64,000 nt of DNA. Origin: Alkalispirochaeta sp. (GTDB lineage: Bacteria; Spirochaetota; Spirochaetia; DSM-27196; Alkalispirochaetaceae). Position numbers and translations under genes: made by a program. Positions 1 through 9,665 of the stretch are shown here, piece after piece. The notes beneath the pieces were generated by a model. It searched no databases. It was not told the origin of the DNA and worked only from the letters and a program-made list of their open reading frames with translations. The DNA lies in assembly GCA_965601925.1 (NCBI GenBank), contig OZ271854.1, forward strand, positions 608,001-672,000. The letters are read 5' to 3'. Within the stretch, counting starts at the first letter, position 1; each line of letters begins with the position of its first letter.

Positions 1-346
1 ATATGTCGAGATCGATGCCTTTCTGATACAGGGGCCCCAGGGCGTTTCCGGCGATAATGTTGGTAAACTCTCCGACCATCTCGTTTATCATAATCTCCCG
101 TTGCCGCTCGGTTTCGAAGACCATACCCGTGCGCTCCAGGAGCTTATCCGCCAGCAATCGCGGAAGCCGAATAACGACGACGCCGGTATGAGTCCCGAGA
201 AAGCTGATAACACCTGATATTTCCCAGCGGTGATTGCCGAGGCGTTGCACTAAATGGGGAGTGCCGGGAGTCGGGTCGAGCCTGAACATCTTCTTGAAGA
301 GATTCATCGTCGACTCCAGGAACGGATTGATGATGATGGCCCTCAT
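1..346 (-). CDS. cheX: Chemotaxis phosphatase CheX-like protein (3' end runs off the window)
   Basis: Own translation, not in the ORF track: MRAIIINPFLESTMNLFKKMF...WEISGVISFLG...EMVGEFTNIIAGNA. Has the INPF start and ExxN motif; AAGGAGA upstream. Confidence 0.8.
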   Translation of the reverse strand, partial: MRAIIINPFLESTMNLFKKMFRLDPTPGTPHLVQRLGNHRWEISGVISFLGTHTGVVVIRLPRLLADKLLERTGMVFETERQREIMINEMVGEFTNIIAGNALGPLYQKGIDLDI

Positions 347-648
347 ACCTGTAGCGCCCGTCTCCTTGGATGAATAATAGAGAGAGATACCGACCTGTAC
401 AATAGCGCGACTCGGCGACGAGTGTCTCCGGGCGATGAACGAGATCGATTTCTCTCACTTCCTTAATACCATCCAATATAACGCTCGATGGGGCTAACGG
501 CGAAAGTGACCTCTCCCGATGCTGCTCCTCATCGACGCCGTCGTACGCCGAATGAGGGCGCCACGTTCGCGCTCGGCCGGCACACTGCGCTGCGGCGGAA
601 GCGGTGCGCAACCCGAGTATCGCAGGCGCGTATACACAAAGCGGTACA

Positions 649-843
649 CTATACCGCCGCCGTCCGGATGTCCGAGCATTGGGTGCGGGTCTCTCGACGA
701 AATCTCCGTCGCGCACCGAGGCGAGCGAGACTCCATAGTCGGAGCCCGCCCCCCTTCGCGAGAGTCGTCGGGGCACCCCCGGCGGCCTCATGTCCAATCG
801 ATTGCATGAACGAAAACAGAATCACATGCTGAATTGAATACAT
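649..843 (-). CDS. Small hypothetical ORF (64 aa) or degenerate gene remnant
   Basis: GGAGGT RBS just before the ATG at 843; sigma70-like promoter directly upstream; no recognisable family. Confidence 0.3.
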   Translation of the reverse strand: MYSIQHVILFSFMQSIGHEAAGGAPTTLAKGGGLRLWSLARLGARRRFRRETRTQCSDIRTAAV

Positions 844-894
844 GTCGCACCTCCACGAACGCTGTCGTCCTTTATCGGACAACATATTATCGAT

Positions 895-936
895 AAGGTA
901 TGCCTACAGGTGAATGTAGTCAAGTAGTGGACAACA
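895..936 (-). promoter_or_regulatory. Sigma70-type promoter overlapped by inverted repeats (candidate operator)
   Basis: TTGACT (923-918), 17 nt, TACCTT (900-895). Inverted repeats CTACA-N6-TGTAG (904-919) and TGTAGTC-N8-GACAACA (915-936). Confidence 0.5.
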
Positions 937-1052
937 AAAAACAGAGGTAGGCCGTACAAACCGCTACGACCGTCGATACATCGCGTGCAAGGACTCTGAG
1001 AACGTCGAATATCTCTATCGGAGGAACAATCTTCAAGGAGAAACGGGAAGCG

Positions 1053-1853
1053 CTATACGATGCTGTCGATAGAGGACGATTCCTGCAAGCTGTGGAGTAG
1101 TATGTCGTCCTCTACGATGTTCTTGACCCCGTGCTTTTTTTCCAAACGATGTAGGTAGATATCGTGGTGAAAGTGCTCCGATACCAGATCGATCAAAATC
1201 ACGTCGTCCGAGTAGACACCGCGAAAATCGTCCTCTCCGTGACCACGAACGATAAGAGCCTTACCGTTGTCGACCACCATCATCATTTTGGAATACGGCC
1301 TACGCGAAGCGTCGAACTTGTCGCTGTAGTAAAACTCCACCGGCAGCGCTCGTTCGTTCACTCGGCAAAATGAAAAGACGATGACCCGCACGCCCCGGTC
1401 GGCAAGCTCGTTCAACTCGCGCTCGAACACCGACAGCTCGATGTTCGTATGCATGTAGATCTCTGCACGCGCCGAGGTCAAAAACTCCTTAGTCTTCACC
1501 AACACGTTGGTGTAACCCTCTATGTTGACGAATCCCTGGGAGGTCTTCTTCACCGACAACTTCGACAGCTCGTCGGAGATGGTAGCGGCGGAGCGGCGCA
1601 AATCGTCGGTGAGACGCGCAAACAGGGCCTGCGGCTCCTCCGCCTGATAGACGCTGATATTGCCGGGAATCAGAATCACCGCTCCGCGCCGTTCCAGATT
1701 ACCGAGAGAGTTGTACACGGTACTGCGCGGCAAATTGACGATTTTGGCCAACTGAGAGCCGTTGAGTTCCGGATATTGCAGCAGATTGACGTAGATTTCG
1801 GCCTCGATCCTCGTGAAATGAAACTTCGTCATTTCGGCGTACAGTGCGTCCAT
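1053..1853 (-). CDS. TrmB family transcriptional regulator
   Basis: N-terminal wHTH (FTRIEAEIYVNLL...LPRSTVYNSLGNLERRG) and a TrmB effector-type C-terminal domain; start trimmed to MDALY. Confidence 0.85.
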   Translation of the reverse strand: MDALYAEMTKFHFTRIEAEIYVNLLQYPELNGSQLAKIVNLPRSTVYNSLGNLERRGAVILIPGNISVYQAEEPQALFARLTDDLRRSAATISDELSKLSVKKTSQGFVNIEGYTNVLVKTKEFLTSARAEIYMHTNIELSVFERELNELADRGVRVIVFSFCRVNERALPVEFYYSDKFDASRRPYSKMMMVVDNGKALIVRGHGEDDFRGVYSDDVILIDLVSEHFHHDIYLHRLEKKHGVKNIVEDDILLHSLQESSSIDSIV

Positions 1854-1975
1854 AGTGTGTCCTGTTTTCCAGTGTAGGACGACTCCGAAATTGAGGCAAC
1901 CGGCCGCGCCCGCGCGCGACGGACGGAACGAGCCATACGCCGCATGCGCACGGATCGCGCCGACGGCGTTCGGGT

Positions 1976-3349
1976 TCAACACCCCATCTTCGTCAGTTGC
2001 TCCTTGGGAATACGAATATGAAACGAGGCGCCGCCGCCCTCCGCATTCCGCGCGTCGATCGTCCACCCGTGACTATCGACAATCGCGCGCGCCGTCGAGA
2101 GGCCGAGCCCGAACCCCGGCTCCTGGCGCGAGTTGGTACCCCGTGCCAAGGGTTCGAACAACTTCTCCGGATCGTTATCGCCGAATCCCGGGCCCGTATC
2201 GTCGACACACACCGTCACCGCGCCGTCGCCTTCGATCCCTGCGGAGACGGTGACGCGGTCGCCTTCGTTCGTGTACCGCAATGCGTTGTGAAAGAGGTTT
2301 TCGAATACGCGTGTGAGAAGCGCCTTGTCGCCCATCACGTTGAGATCGGCGGGAAGGTCGATATCGTAGCCGAATGTGCGGCCGTGGACGCGCGCATCTT
2401 CGGTGAGCACCGCGCAGTGGCGGGTCAGAAACTCGCGGAGGGAGAAGCAGGCGTTCTGCATGCGCCAATCGCCGGTCTCCATACGCACGAACTCAATCAA
2501 CTCCACGATACGGGTTTCCAGAACTTCCGACTTCTGTCGAATGATCGATAGGTATTGAGCCAGCGTCTCCGCACTATCGGCGAGCCCGTCGTCGATCGCC
2601 TCCAGATACCCCCGTATCGTCGTCAACGGCGTCTTGAGGTCGTGAGAGACGCTCATGAGAAAACGCGATCGCTTGGCGTACTCCTCCTTGAGCGTACCCC
2701 GCGTCGCATCGAGATCGCGAGCCAAGTCGGACAGCTCGTCGCTACCCACTACCTCAACCGGGACGTCGAGATTGCCGCCGGCGATGCGTCGAATCGCCTC
2801 ACGGATCGAACTGAGTCGCCGCCGGAAGGAGATGATTGCGAGGTTACCGCCCACCGCTCCGATCAGGACCATACCGAGAAAACCGGCCAGGGCTATGATG
2901 ACGCGTCGCGTCCGACTGAAGAACTCCCGCTGCAGCGCTGCGGGAAAGGCCTGTGCGATCTGAAAGACGCGACCGTTGGCGTTTTCTATATTTTCGAGAA
3001 AGAAGGTGAAGTTGCTTTGCGGCGGACCGTCGAACCCCGGGGGATGATCCAACTCGTCGGCACGATGTCCCTCGACGAGCTCCGGTATCGATGAGAAAAG
3101 CACCGTTCGCTCCGCGTGGTCGATAACGACCACCATGACGCCCTCGGGGGGGAGGATGCCGTCGAAGTTCTCCGTCTCTATGCGCGGACGGATCTCGCGC
3201 TCGATCCAGTCCCGTTGCTCGACAAACCGCGTAATCGTCTCGCTGTCGCGAGAGAACAGCGCGACACCGGCCGAGAGAAGCACCGCGGTGACCGCGGGCA
3301 CCGTCACGATACCGACCATCAGCACGCGGAATTTGTGCTGCAACGTCAC
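1976..3349 (-). CDS. Membrane sensor histidine kinase (HAMP-HisKA-HATPase)
   Basis: 2 TM, HAMP, SHDLKTPL H-box, NLFHNA N-box, DTGPG, GLGL. Confidence 0.93.
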   Translation of the reverse strand: MTLQHKFRVLMVGIVTVPAVTAVLLSAGVALFSRDSETITRFVEQRDWIEREIRPRIETENFDGILPPEGVMVVVIDHAERTVLFSSIPELVEGHRADELDHPPGFDGPPQSNFTFFLENIENANGRVFQIAQAFPAALQREFFSRTRRVIIALAGFLGMVLIGAVGGNLAIISFRRRLSSIREAIRRIAGGNLDVPVEVVGSDELSDLARDLDATRGTLKEEYAKRSRFLMSVSHDLKTPLTTIRGYLEAIDDGLADSAETLAQYLSIIRQKSEVLETRIVELIEFVRMETGDWRMQNACFSLREFLTRHCAVLTEDARVHGRTFGYDIDLPADLNVMGDKALLTRVFENLFHNALRYTNEGDRVTVSAGIEGDGAVTVCVDDTGPGFGDNDPEKLFEPLARGTNSRQEPGFGLGLSTARAIVDSHGWTIDARNAEGGGASFHIRIPKEQLTKMGC

Positions 3350-4050
3350 TGCAACTGGTCCTCGGCGAAGGTATATCCGTATCCGTGAACGGTCACAATG
3401 TAGCGCGGGGAGGAGGGGTCCTCCTCGATTTTGCGCCGTAGTCGCTGAATGTGGACGGCCACCGTTGCGACCTCGCCGAACTGATTACCCCACACCTCTC
3501 TATAGATATCTTCGGGGGACTTTGGTACTCCGGCGTTGCGGACCAGAAAGGTGAGGAGATCGAACTCTCGCGGAGCGAGGGGCACGCGCTCCCCCTCCCG
3601 ACGAAGCAGATAGCTCTCAGGCTCCAGCTGGAACGGTCCGAATCGATAGGTCACACCCAGCGGCACCCGTTCCCGGGCGCGGCGCAGCCTCGTCCTAATA
3701 CGCGCGACGAGCACTTTGGGTGAAAAGGGTTTGGTGACAAAGTCGTCCGCTCCGATTCCCAGTCCCAGAACGATATCGGAATCGTCTTGGCGTGCGGACA
3801 CGATGACGACCGGAATCTGCGTCGTCTTCCGTAACTCCTGCAGCACCTGAAACCCGTCGATTCCCGGTAGGTTGAGATCGAGAATAACCAGATCCCACGT
3901 CTCCTCTCGGAGGGCGGCGAGACCGGCCTCGCCGGTCTCACAGTGGCGCGTATGTACGCCCTCGCGCTCCAGATACATGACGATGAGATTCGCGATATCG
4001 GAATCGTCTTCGATGATAAGAATGGAACCCTTCACATCGACCATTATCAT
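3346..4050 (-). CDS. OmpR/PhoB family response regulator
   Basis: IIEDD...LDLNLP...KPF receiver; wHTH ending TVHGYGY; overlaps the kinase start by 4 nt. Confidence 0.93.
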   Translation of the reverse strand: MIMVDVKGSILIIEDDSDIANLIVMYLEREGVHTRHCETGEAGLAALREETWDLVILDLNLPGIDGFQVLQELRKTTQIPVVIVSARQDDSDIVLGLGIGADDFVTKPFSPKVLVARIRTRLRRARERVPLGVTYRFGPFQLEPESYLLRREGERVPLAPREFDLLTFLVRNAGVPKSPEDIYREVWGNQFGEVATVAVHIQRLRRKIEEDPSSPRYIVTVHGYGYTFAEDQLQ

Positions 4051-4103
4051 ACGCGTAATGCACGCCCGCCGCCAGGGGAGCCCGGCGACGGTGTACGCCT
4101 CCA

Positions 4104-7100
4104 CTACTGCGAATCGTGTGCCAACGCGACCTGTGCGGCGTGCGCCGTCGGATCGACTTTACGTACCGTGGACTTGCTGGCGATGAGCGAGTAGAGCACC
4201 GGGACGACGAAGAGCGTCATGAAGGTACTCGAGACCAGCCCCCCGACGATGGTCAACGCCACCGGCTGCGTCGCAACGGCGGCGTCGCCGGGAAAGAACG
4301 CCAACGGCACCATGCCGAGTATGGTCGTAAAGGTGGTCATGAGCACGGGGCGCAACCTGCTGCGTCCCGCCTCGACACATGCATCGATCAGAGACAAGCC
4401 GCGCACGCGCAAAAGGTTGGTGTAATCGACCAACACGATCCCGTTATTTACCACCAGCCCCGCGAGCATGATGAGTCCCATGAAAGAGAACATGCTGAAG
4501 GGTTGACCCATGAGAAAATAGATCCCGATGGCTCCGATCAACATCAAAGGAATCGTGAAGACGATGATAAAGGGTGAACGGAACGACTCGAACTGGCTCG
4601 CCATGACGGCGAAGACCAACAATATCGCCATCGCCAACACGACGAGAAACGCCGACGCGGTCTCGGCGATGACCGCCTGTTCCCCCGAAAAATCGAGTCG
4701 TACCCCTTCATCGAGGGTGATAGTCGACTCGATCGCCGCCTGCAGACGCGCCTGTACTTCAGCCGGCGTATTCTCCGGCAACAGACCGCCTGTCACATTT
4801 ACGATGCGCTGTTCGTTCTCACGCTCGATCGAGACCGGACCGCCTCGCCGTTGGAGTGTCGCGAAGTTGGAAAGGGGCACGACCTCGCCGGCCGAGCTTC
4901 TGAGAAAAATCCGCTCCAAATCGGGAATATCGGACCGATCCTCCTGACGCAGGGTCACAAACAGGTCGATCTCCTCGCCGCTGGAGCGGTACTGCGTCGC
5001 GACGGTACCTTGCACGTTGGCGCGAATCTCCTCGGCTATGTCGGCGACACTCAGACCGAAGGCGTAGGCGCGGGAGCGGTCGATCACCACTTCGAGCTCG
5101 GGCAGGGCGTCCGAGATGCTCAACGTCGGCTCGGTAATCTCCGGAAAGCGGTCGAGCATGAGACGTTGAATCGAGTACGCCGTATCGGTAGCGGCGTCCA
5201 AATCGTCGGCGATGATCGCCACATCGATCGGATCCGAGCCGGACAATGCCGCGCCCTGGCTCTCACTGAAACTGAGCTGCACGCCGGGGAAAAGGTTCGC
5301 ATTATCACGAACGAACTGTTCGATGTCGCCGACCGACGTCGTGCGTTCGCCGACCGTCGGGAGATTCACCGTGACCTCGCCGAGATGTTCGCTGGACGCA
5401 CCCCCGAAGAAGCCTCCTCCGGCCGATCCGGCGGTCACCAGAATGTTCTGAATCTCGTCGAATTCTTCGACGATCATCGTTTCCAGCCGTCTGAGCGAGG
5501 CCTCGGTAACCTCGATGCGCGTACCGACCGGCAGCTCAAACTCGACGGAGATGCTGTCCTCTTCGGTCGGGGGTGCGAATATGATGTCCAGACGCGTAAC
5601 GAGGAGGAGCGATACGACAAGCACGGCAAAGGCGACCACGAGAGTGGCCGCACGCGCCGAAAGAACGCCACGTACCGCGGACGCATAGACTCGGTCGAGC
5701 CATTGGAAAAACTGCTCCATCTTTCTATCGGCGCCGCGAAATACACCCAACTTCTTCTCGCGAGCCTCCGGGGAACGCAGAGGGAGGTAAGTACTGGAAA
5801 GCACCGGCACCAGAAGCACGGCGACGAGGAGGGAAGCGAGGATGGCAAAAATGATCGTAAAGGCGATCTCGCCGAACATGACCCCGATGACATCCAACTC
5901 ACCGCGCATGAGGACGATCGGCAAAAAGACGCTGATCGTCGTCATCGCTGAGGCGGTAATGGCTCCGACCATCTCCTGCGTTCCGAGAACGGCCGCCTTG
6001 TGGGCGTCCAGGCCCTCCGCGCGCCGATTGTAGATGTTCTCCAGAATGACGATCGACGAGTCGACGATCATCCCCAACCCCATGATGAGCCCGGATAATG
6101 AAACGACATTGAGAGAAACGCCGGCGAAGTACATCGCTCCCAAGGTGATCGCCATGGAGATCGGAATCGAGAGAGCGATGATGAGGGTCGTGCGAAGGTT
6201 CCTCAGGAACACGAAGAGCACGAGCGTGGCGAAGGCCAGCCCGATCACGAGGGAGGATGCAACCTCATTGAGGGCGCTGCGAACGATCGTGGTGGAGTCG
6301 TCGACGACCTCGAGTGAGACACCGGAAGGGAGTGTCGGCGCGATGAGCTCGATCTCCGAGCGCACACCGTCGGCAACCTCGACCGAGTTGGTCCCGCTCT
6401 CCTTGCGAATCGAGAGATAGACACCCGGCTCGCCGTTGATATAGGCCGTCTGGTCGACGTCGCTCAGTCCGAACTCAACCTCGGCCACGTCACGCAGGCG
6501 AATCGGCCGCCCGAGGCGGGAGGTCCTTCCGCGAGAGTCGGCCGGAGCGCCGGTGGCGATGACGGTGTTGCGAATCTCGTCCAGGCTCCCAAACTCCCCG
6601 GAAGTCCGCAACAGAAGATTGCGCTCCCCCTCTGCGATCTCACCGCCGCCGACCTGTTGGTTTTGCGTTCTGAGCGCCGCGGCGATCTGCGTGATCGTGA
6701 TGTTCAACGCCTGAAGTCTATTTTGGATCACCTCGACGCGCACCTCGCGCTCGCGCCCCCCTTGAATGTTCGCCTCGCCCACGCCCTCGACGCGTTCGAA
6801 GCGGGGCTGCACGATATCCTCGGCGACCTCGCGCATCTCGGCGGCCGAAAGATTTCCGCGGAGCGCGATGTCCATGATCGGCTGGCTCGAGGGATCGAAC
6901 TTAAGAATCTGCGGGTCCTCGGCCTCGGAGGGAAGCAGAGAACGAACCAGCTCCAACTGATCGCGAATCTCGTTCGTCGCCTCGGTAAGGTCGCTCCCGA
7001 AGACGAACTCCAATACGACCGAGCTGAGCCCTTCAGAGGAGCTGGAACTCATCTCCTCGATACCGCTGACGCTCGATAGCGACCCCTCCAGGATCCGCGT

Positions 7101-7289
7101 CACATTGGTCTCGACCTCCTGGGGCCCGGCGCCGTCGTACTGCGTATTGACGACGATGATCGGGAGCTCGAACTCGGGGAAAAAATCGACGGGTATGTCC
7201 CCGAGACCGAATATCCCCAGCCCCACCAAGACGATGAAGAGCATGATGATCGTTACGGGCCGTCGTACGACCCCTTGTACGAAGTTCAC
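4104..7289 (-). CDS. RND efflux transporter permease (AcrB/AcrD/AcrF family)
   Basis: 1061 aa; two large periplasmic loops; GMIVDSSIV, VNNGIVLVD, RLRPVLMT. Confidence 0.95.
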   Translation of the reverse strand: MNFVQGVVRRPVTIIMLFIVLVGLGIFGLGDIPVDFFPEFELPIIVVNTQYDGAGPQEVETNVTRILEGSLSSVSGIEEMSSSSSEGLSSVVLEFVFGSDLTEATNEIRDQLELVRSLLPSEAEDPQILKFDPSSQPIMDIALRGNLSAAEMREVAEDIVQPRFERVEGVGEANIQGGREREVRVEVIQNRLQALNITITQIAAALRTQNQQVGGGEIAEGERNLLLRTSGEFGSLDEIRNTVIATGAPADSRGRTSRLGRPIRLRDVAEVEFGLSDVDQTAYINGEPGVYLSIRKESGTNSVEVADGVRSEIELIAPTLPSGVSLEVVDDSTTIVRSALNEVASSLVIGLAFATLVLFVFLRNLRTTLIIALSIPISMAITLGAMYFAGVSLNVVSLSGLIMGLGMIVDSSIVILENIYNRRAEGLDAHKAAVLGTQEMVGAITASAMTTISVFLPIVLMRGELDVIGVMFGEIAFTIIFAILASLLVAVLLVPVLSSTYLPLRSPEAREKKLGVFRGADRKMEQFFQWLDRVYASAVRGVLSARAATLVVAFAVLVVSLLLVTRLDIIFAPPTEEDSISVEFELPVGTRIEVTEASLRRLETMIVEEFDEIQNILVTAGSAGGGFFGGASSEHLGEVTVNLPTVGERTTSVGDIEQFVRDNANLFPGVQLSFSESQGAALSGSDPIDVAIIADDLDAATDTAYSIQRLMLDRFPEITEPTLSISDALPELEVVIDRSRAYAFGLSVADIAEEIRANVQGTVATQYRSSGEEIDLFVTLRQEDRSDIPDLERIFLRSSAGEVVPLSNFATLQRRGGPVSIERENEQRIVNVTGGLLPENTPAEVQARLQAAIESTITLDEGVRLDFSGEQAVIAETASAFLVVLAMAILLVFAVMASQFESFRSPFIIVFTIPLMLIGAIGIYFLMGQPFSMFSFMGLIMLAGLVVNNGIVLVDYTNLLRVRGLSLIDACVEAGRSRLRPVLMTTFTTILGMVPLAFFPGDAAVATQPVALTIVGGLVSSTFMTLFVVPVLYSLIASKSTVRKVDPTAHAAQVALAHDSQ

Positions 7290-8239
7290 AGCTCGCCTCC
7301 CCCTTCAACGAAGAGACGGTCGGCGGAGAGTACCTGTACCGAGGATCCCTCTTCGATGACGCTTTGGCCGCGCACGACGACCGGATCGCCCGGTTCGAGT
7401 CCCTCTTGGATCTCCGCGAGTTGATTCTCAATGAGCCCGACCCGGACGGGACGTAACGAAGCGACCGAATCGTCGACCACGGTGAAGATGAAGTCGCGAT
7501 CGGAACGGGTGATGATACTCTCGACGGGAATCACGACGACGTCGTCGCGCGTCTCGGTAATGATCGTCACCTCGGCGAACATCCCCGCCTCCGCTCCCGT
7601 CTCGACCGGATCGACGAGAAAGCGAACCTCCTTAGTACGCGTCGTGGAGTCCAGAAGCGGACTGATCTCGTTGGCCGCCACGGTGAACCGACTGCCCGGA
7701 AAGGCCGACAACTCGACGTCGGCGGTCATACCGGGACGCGCCGCCGAGACAAAACGTTCGGGAATGTCCACAACTACTTCCAACGTGTCGAGCTCGCCGA
7801 CGGCGACGATCGGCGTGGCGGTCGAAACGGTACCCCCCTGATCGACGTATACGGCGGTTACCGTACCGGAGATCGGCGCGGTGACGGGGCTCACCTCAAA
7901 GCGCGCGCCGGGCCGCGAAGGGTCGATGTTCGCCACGACCTGCCCCCTACGGACGCGGTCGCCGAGGCGCACGAACAGACGCTGCACCTCGCCGGCGACC
8001 TCGGGATACGTGTCGACGTTGGTCGTGGGGACCACCTCTCCGTTGAGCCGTATCAAGGAGCGGACGGTACCCGACCGCGCCTCATCAAGCTCGACCGAGT
8101 ACACACGGTCGGTCGCCGCCACCTCGAGATTTCTCCCGCCGGGTCCTCCGTCGCCGCCCAGGACGAAACGGGCGCTTATGACGACAAATAGAATCGAAGC
8201 GGCTATGGTGATGGAAGATACGACTCTCTTCTTTTTCAT
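7286..8239 (-). CDS. RND efflux periplasmic adaptor (MFP) subunit
   Basis: N-terminal TM, lipoyl-like halves (GDRVRRGQ, APISGTV), C-terminal GLEPGDPVV. Confidence 0.92.
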   Translation of the reverse strand: MKKKRVVSSITIAASILFVVISARFVLGGDGGPGGRNLEVAATDRVYSVELDEARSGTVRSLIRLNGEVVPTTNVDTYPEVAGEVQRLFVRLGDRVRRGQVVANIDPSRPGARFEVSPVTAPISGTVTAVYVDQGGTVSTATPIVAVGELDTLEVVVDIPERFVSAARPGMTADVELSAFPGSRFTVAANEISPLLDSTTRTKEVRFLVDPVETGAEAGMFAEVTIITETRDDVVVIPVESIITRSDRDFIFTVVDDSVASLRPVRVGLIENQLAEIQEGLEPGDPVVVRGQSVIEEGSSVQVLSADRLFVEGGGEL

Positions 8240-8250
8240 CGGTGTCTCCT

Positions 8251-9552
8251 TTACTGACTGGTGCGTATGGTTGTATTGAGTGCGTACTCGAGATCGAGCA
8301 GCGTCGATAGATAGGTAAACTGTTCACTGAGCAGCTGATATCGCGCCTCTTCGAGGTCGTCGGCGGCCTCCAGCACGTCGATGAAATCGGTAACGCCCTG
8401 CTGATATGAGTCGAGGGTAAGCAGATAAATCTCTTCCTGGAGGCTGAGGCTGAGTTCGAGCGACTCCAAGGCGACCGCGGAACTCTGCAGCGCCCGCAGG
8501 AGTGAATCCACCTCGAAGCGGGCGTTATCGAGCACGTTCGCGCGCTGGATCTCAAGGGCGCTCAGGATGTCGTCGTTTCCCCGTAGATCGACGCCCGTAG
8601 AGGAAAAGGGCAGATAGTTGTCGAGTGGAATCGTTACCGTAACGCTCAACGAGCCCTGATCGTTCCACTCGTCGCCGGCGGGGTTGTCGGCGTTAAAGGG
8701 ATCGGCGAGAGCGGGGCTGTACGAGGCGCCGAGGGTCACCGTCGGCGTGCGCTCCAACTGTGTGGTGGCGCGGTTGACGCTGCGCCGCGTGGCAATCTGG
8801 GCGTCAATATCCTGCAAATCCCAGCGACCCGTAAGATCGGTGCGCCCGGCAATCTCGTCCAGCCCGTCGAGCGCCTCAACTTCGATGGTACCCTCCAGCT
8901 CGATCACCTGCTCTTCGCGAATCCCCAAAAGGAGGCGAAAGTTCGCCAGCGCATCGTCGTAGGCCGCCTCCTGGCGTTGCAACGTCAGCCGCCTGTTCCG
9001 CAACGTCACCTCCGCCTGGCGTAGCGTCACCTCCGAAACCAACCCGGCATTGAACTCCGTTTGGGTTTGTACCAGCGTCTCTTCGGCCGTCGCGACGCTC
9101 TGCTCGGCGACGGTGATGTTCTGCTCCGCCAGGATCAAGCTGTAGAAGCTCTGACGTACCGCGAGCGCGACGTCGGCGACCGCCTGCTCGTAGGTGATTT
9201 GGTCGTTGATGTACTGCAGCCGCGCCGTCGAGATTCCCTCGATCGAGGCGATCGAGAATACGAGTTGAGCCTCCAAGCGTGCAGAAAACGTCGTATTGTA
9301 CGGATCGGTCGTCGATATCTCCTCGTTGGACCGGGCAAGGGTGCCGCTCACATTCATGGACGGCAGGAGGGCGTTCCACGCCGTATCGGCCGAGCGAGCC
9401 GACGTGGATAGATTGACTCGCCCCTGCGCGAGACTCAGATTCTCGACGATCGCCCGCTCTACCGCCGAGTCTTCGGTGAGCACGATTGTCTGCGCGAATA
9501 CCGGCAGCAAGGCGGTCGAAATCATTAGGATCGTTAGCACTGTTCTTTTCAC
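8251..9552 (-). CDS. TolC family outer membrane efflux protein
   Basis: Signal peptide; two OEP repeats (FNAGLVSE, YQQGVTDF); first gene of the RND operon. Confidence 0.88.
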   Translation of the reverse strand: MKRTVLTILMISTALLPVFAQTIVLTEDSAVERAIVENLSLAQGRVNLSTSARSADTAWNALLPSMNVSGTLARSNEEISTTDPYNTTFSARLEAQLVFSIASIEGISTARLQYINDQITYEQAVADVALAVRQSFYSLILAEQNITVAEQSVATAEETLVQTQTEFNAGLVSEVTLRQAEVTLRNRRLTLQRQEAAYDDALANFRLLLGIREEQVIELEGTIEVEALDGLDEIAGRTDLTGRWDLQDIDAQIATRRSVNRATTQLERTPTVTLGASYSPALADPFNADNPAGDEWNDQGSLSVTVTIPLDNYLPFSSTGVDLRGNDDILSALEIQRANVLDNARFEVDSLLRALQSSAVALESLELSLSLQEEIYLLTLDSYQQGVTDFIDVLEAADDLEEARYQLLSEQFTYLSTLLDLEYALNTTIRTSQ

Positions 9553-9580
9553 GTGTTGCCTCTCAGTCTCGTTTAAACCA

Positions 9581-9636
9581 AATGTAGTCGGCTCTCCGAC
9601 TCATTGCTATAAACGACGTTTTAAAGTTGGGATAAC
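9581..9636 (-). promoter_or_regulatory. Candidate OmpR-family box (11-bp period) with -10 element, tolC operon promoter
   Basis: ATAAAC-GACGT-TTTAAA-GTTGG-GATAAC at 9609-9636; minus-strand TACATT at 9586-9581; near-identical copy at 15292. Confidence 0.6.
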
Positions 9637-9665
9637 GGATCGTTTATGAGTTGTACCACTCCCCT

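Noticed and set aside
144..797. 217 aa minus-strand ORF in the track
   Set aside because: Arg/Pro-rich, and overlaps the better supported cheX-like frame.
347..890. Possible c-di-GMP riboswitch upstream of cheX
   Set aside because: The GCAAAC...GAAA...GACGCAAAGC-type consensus is not visible.
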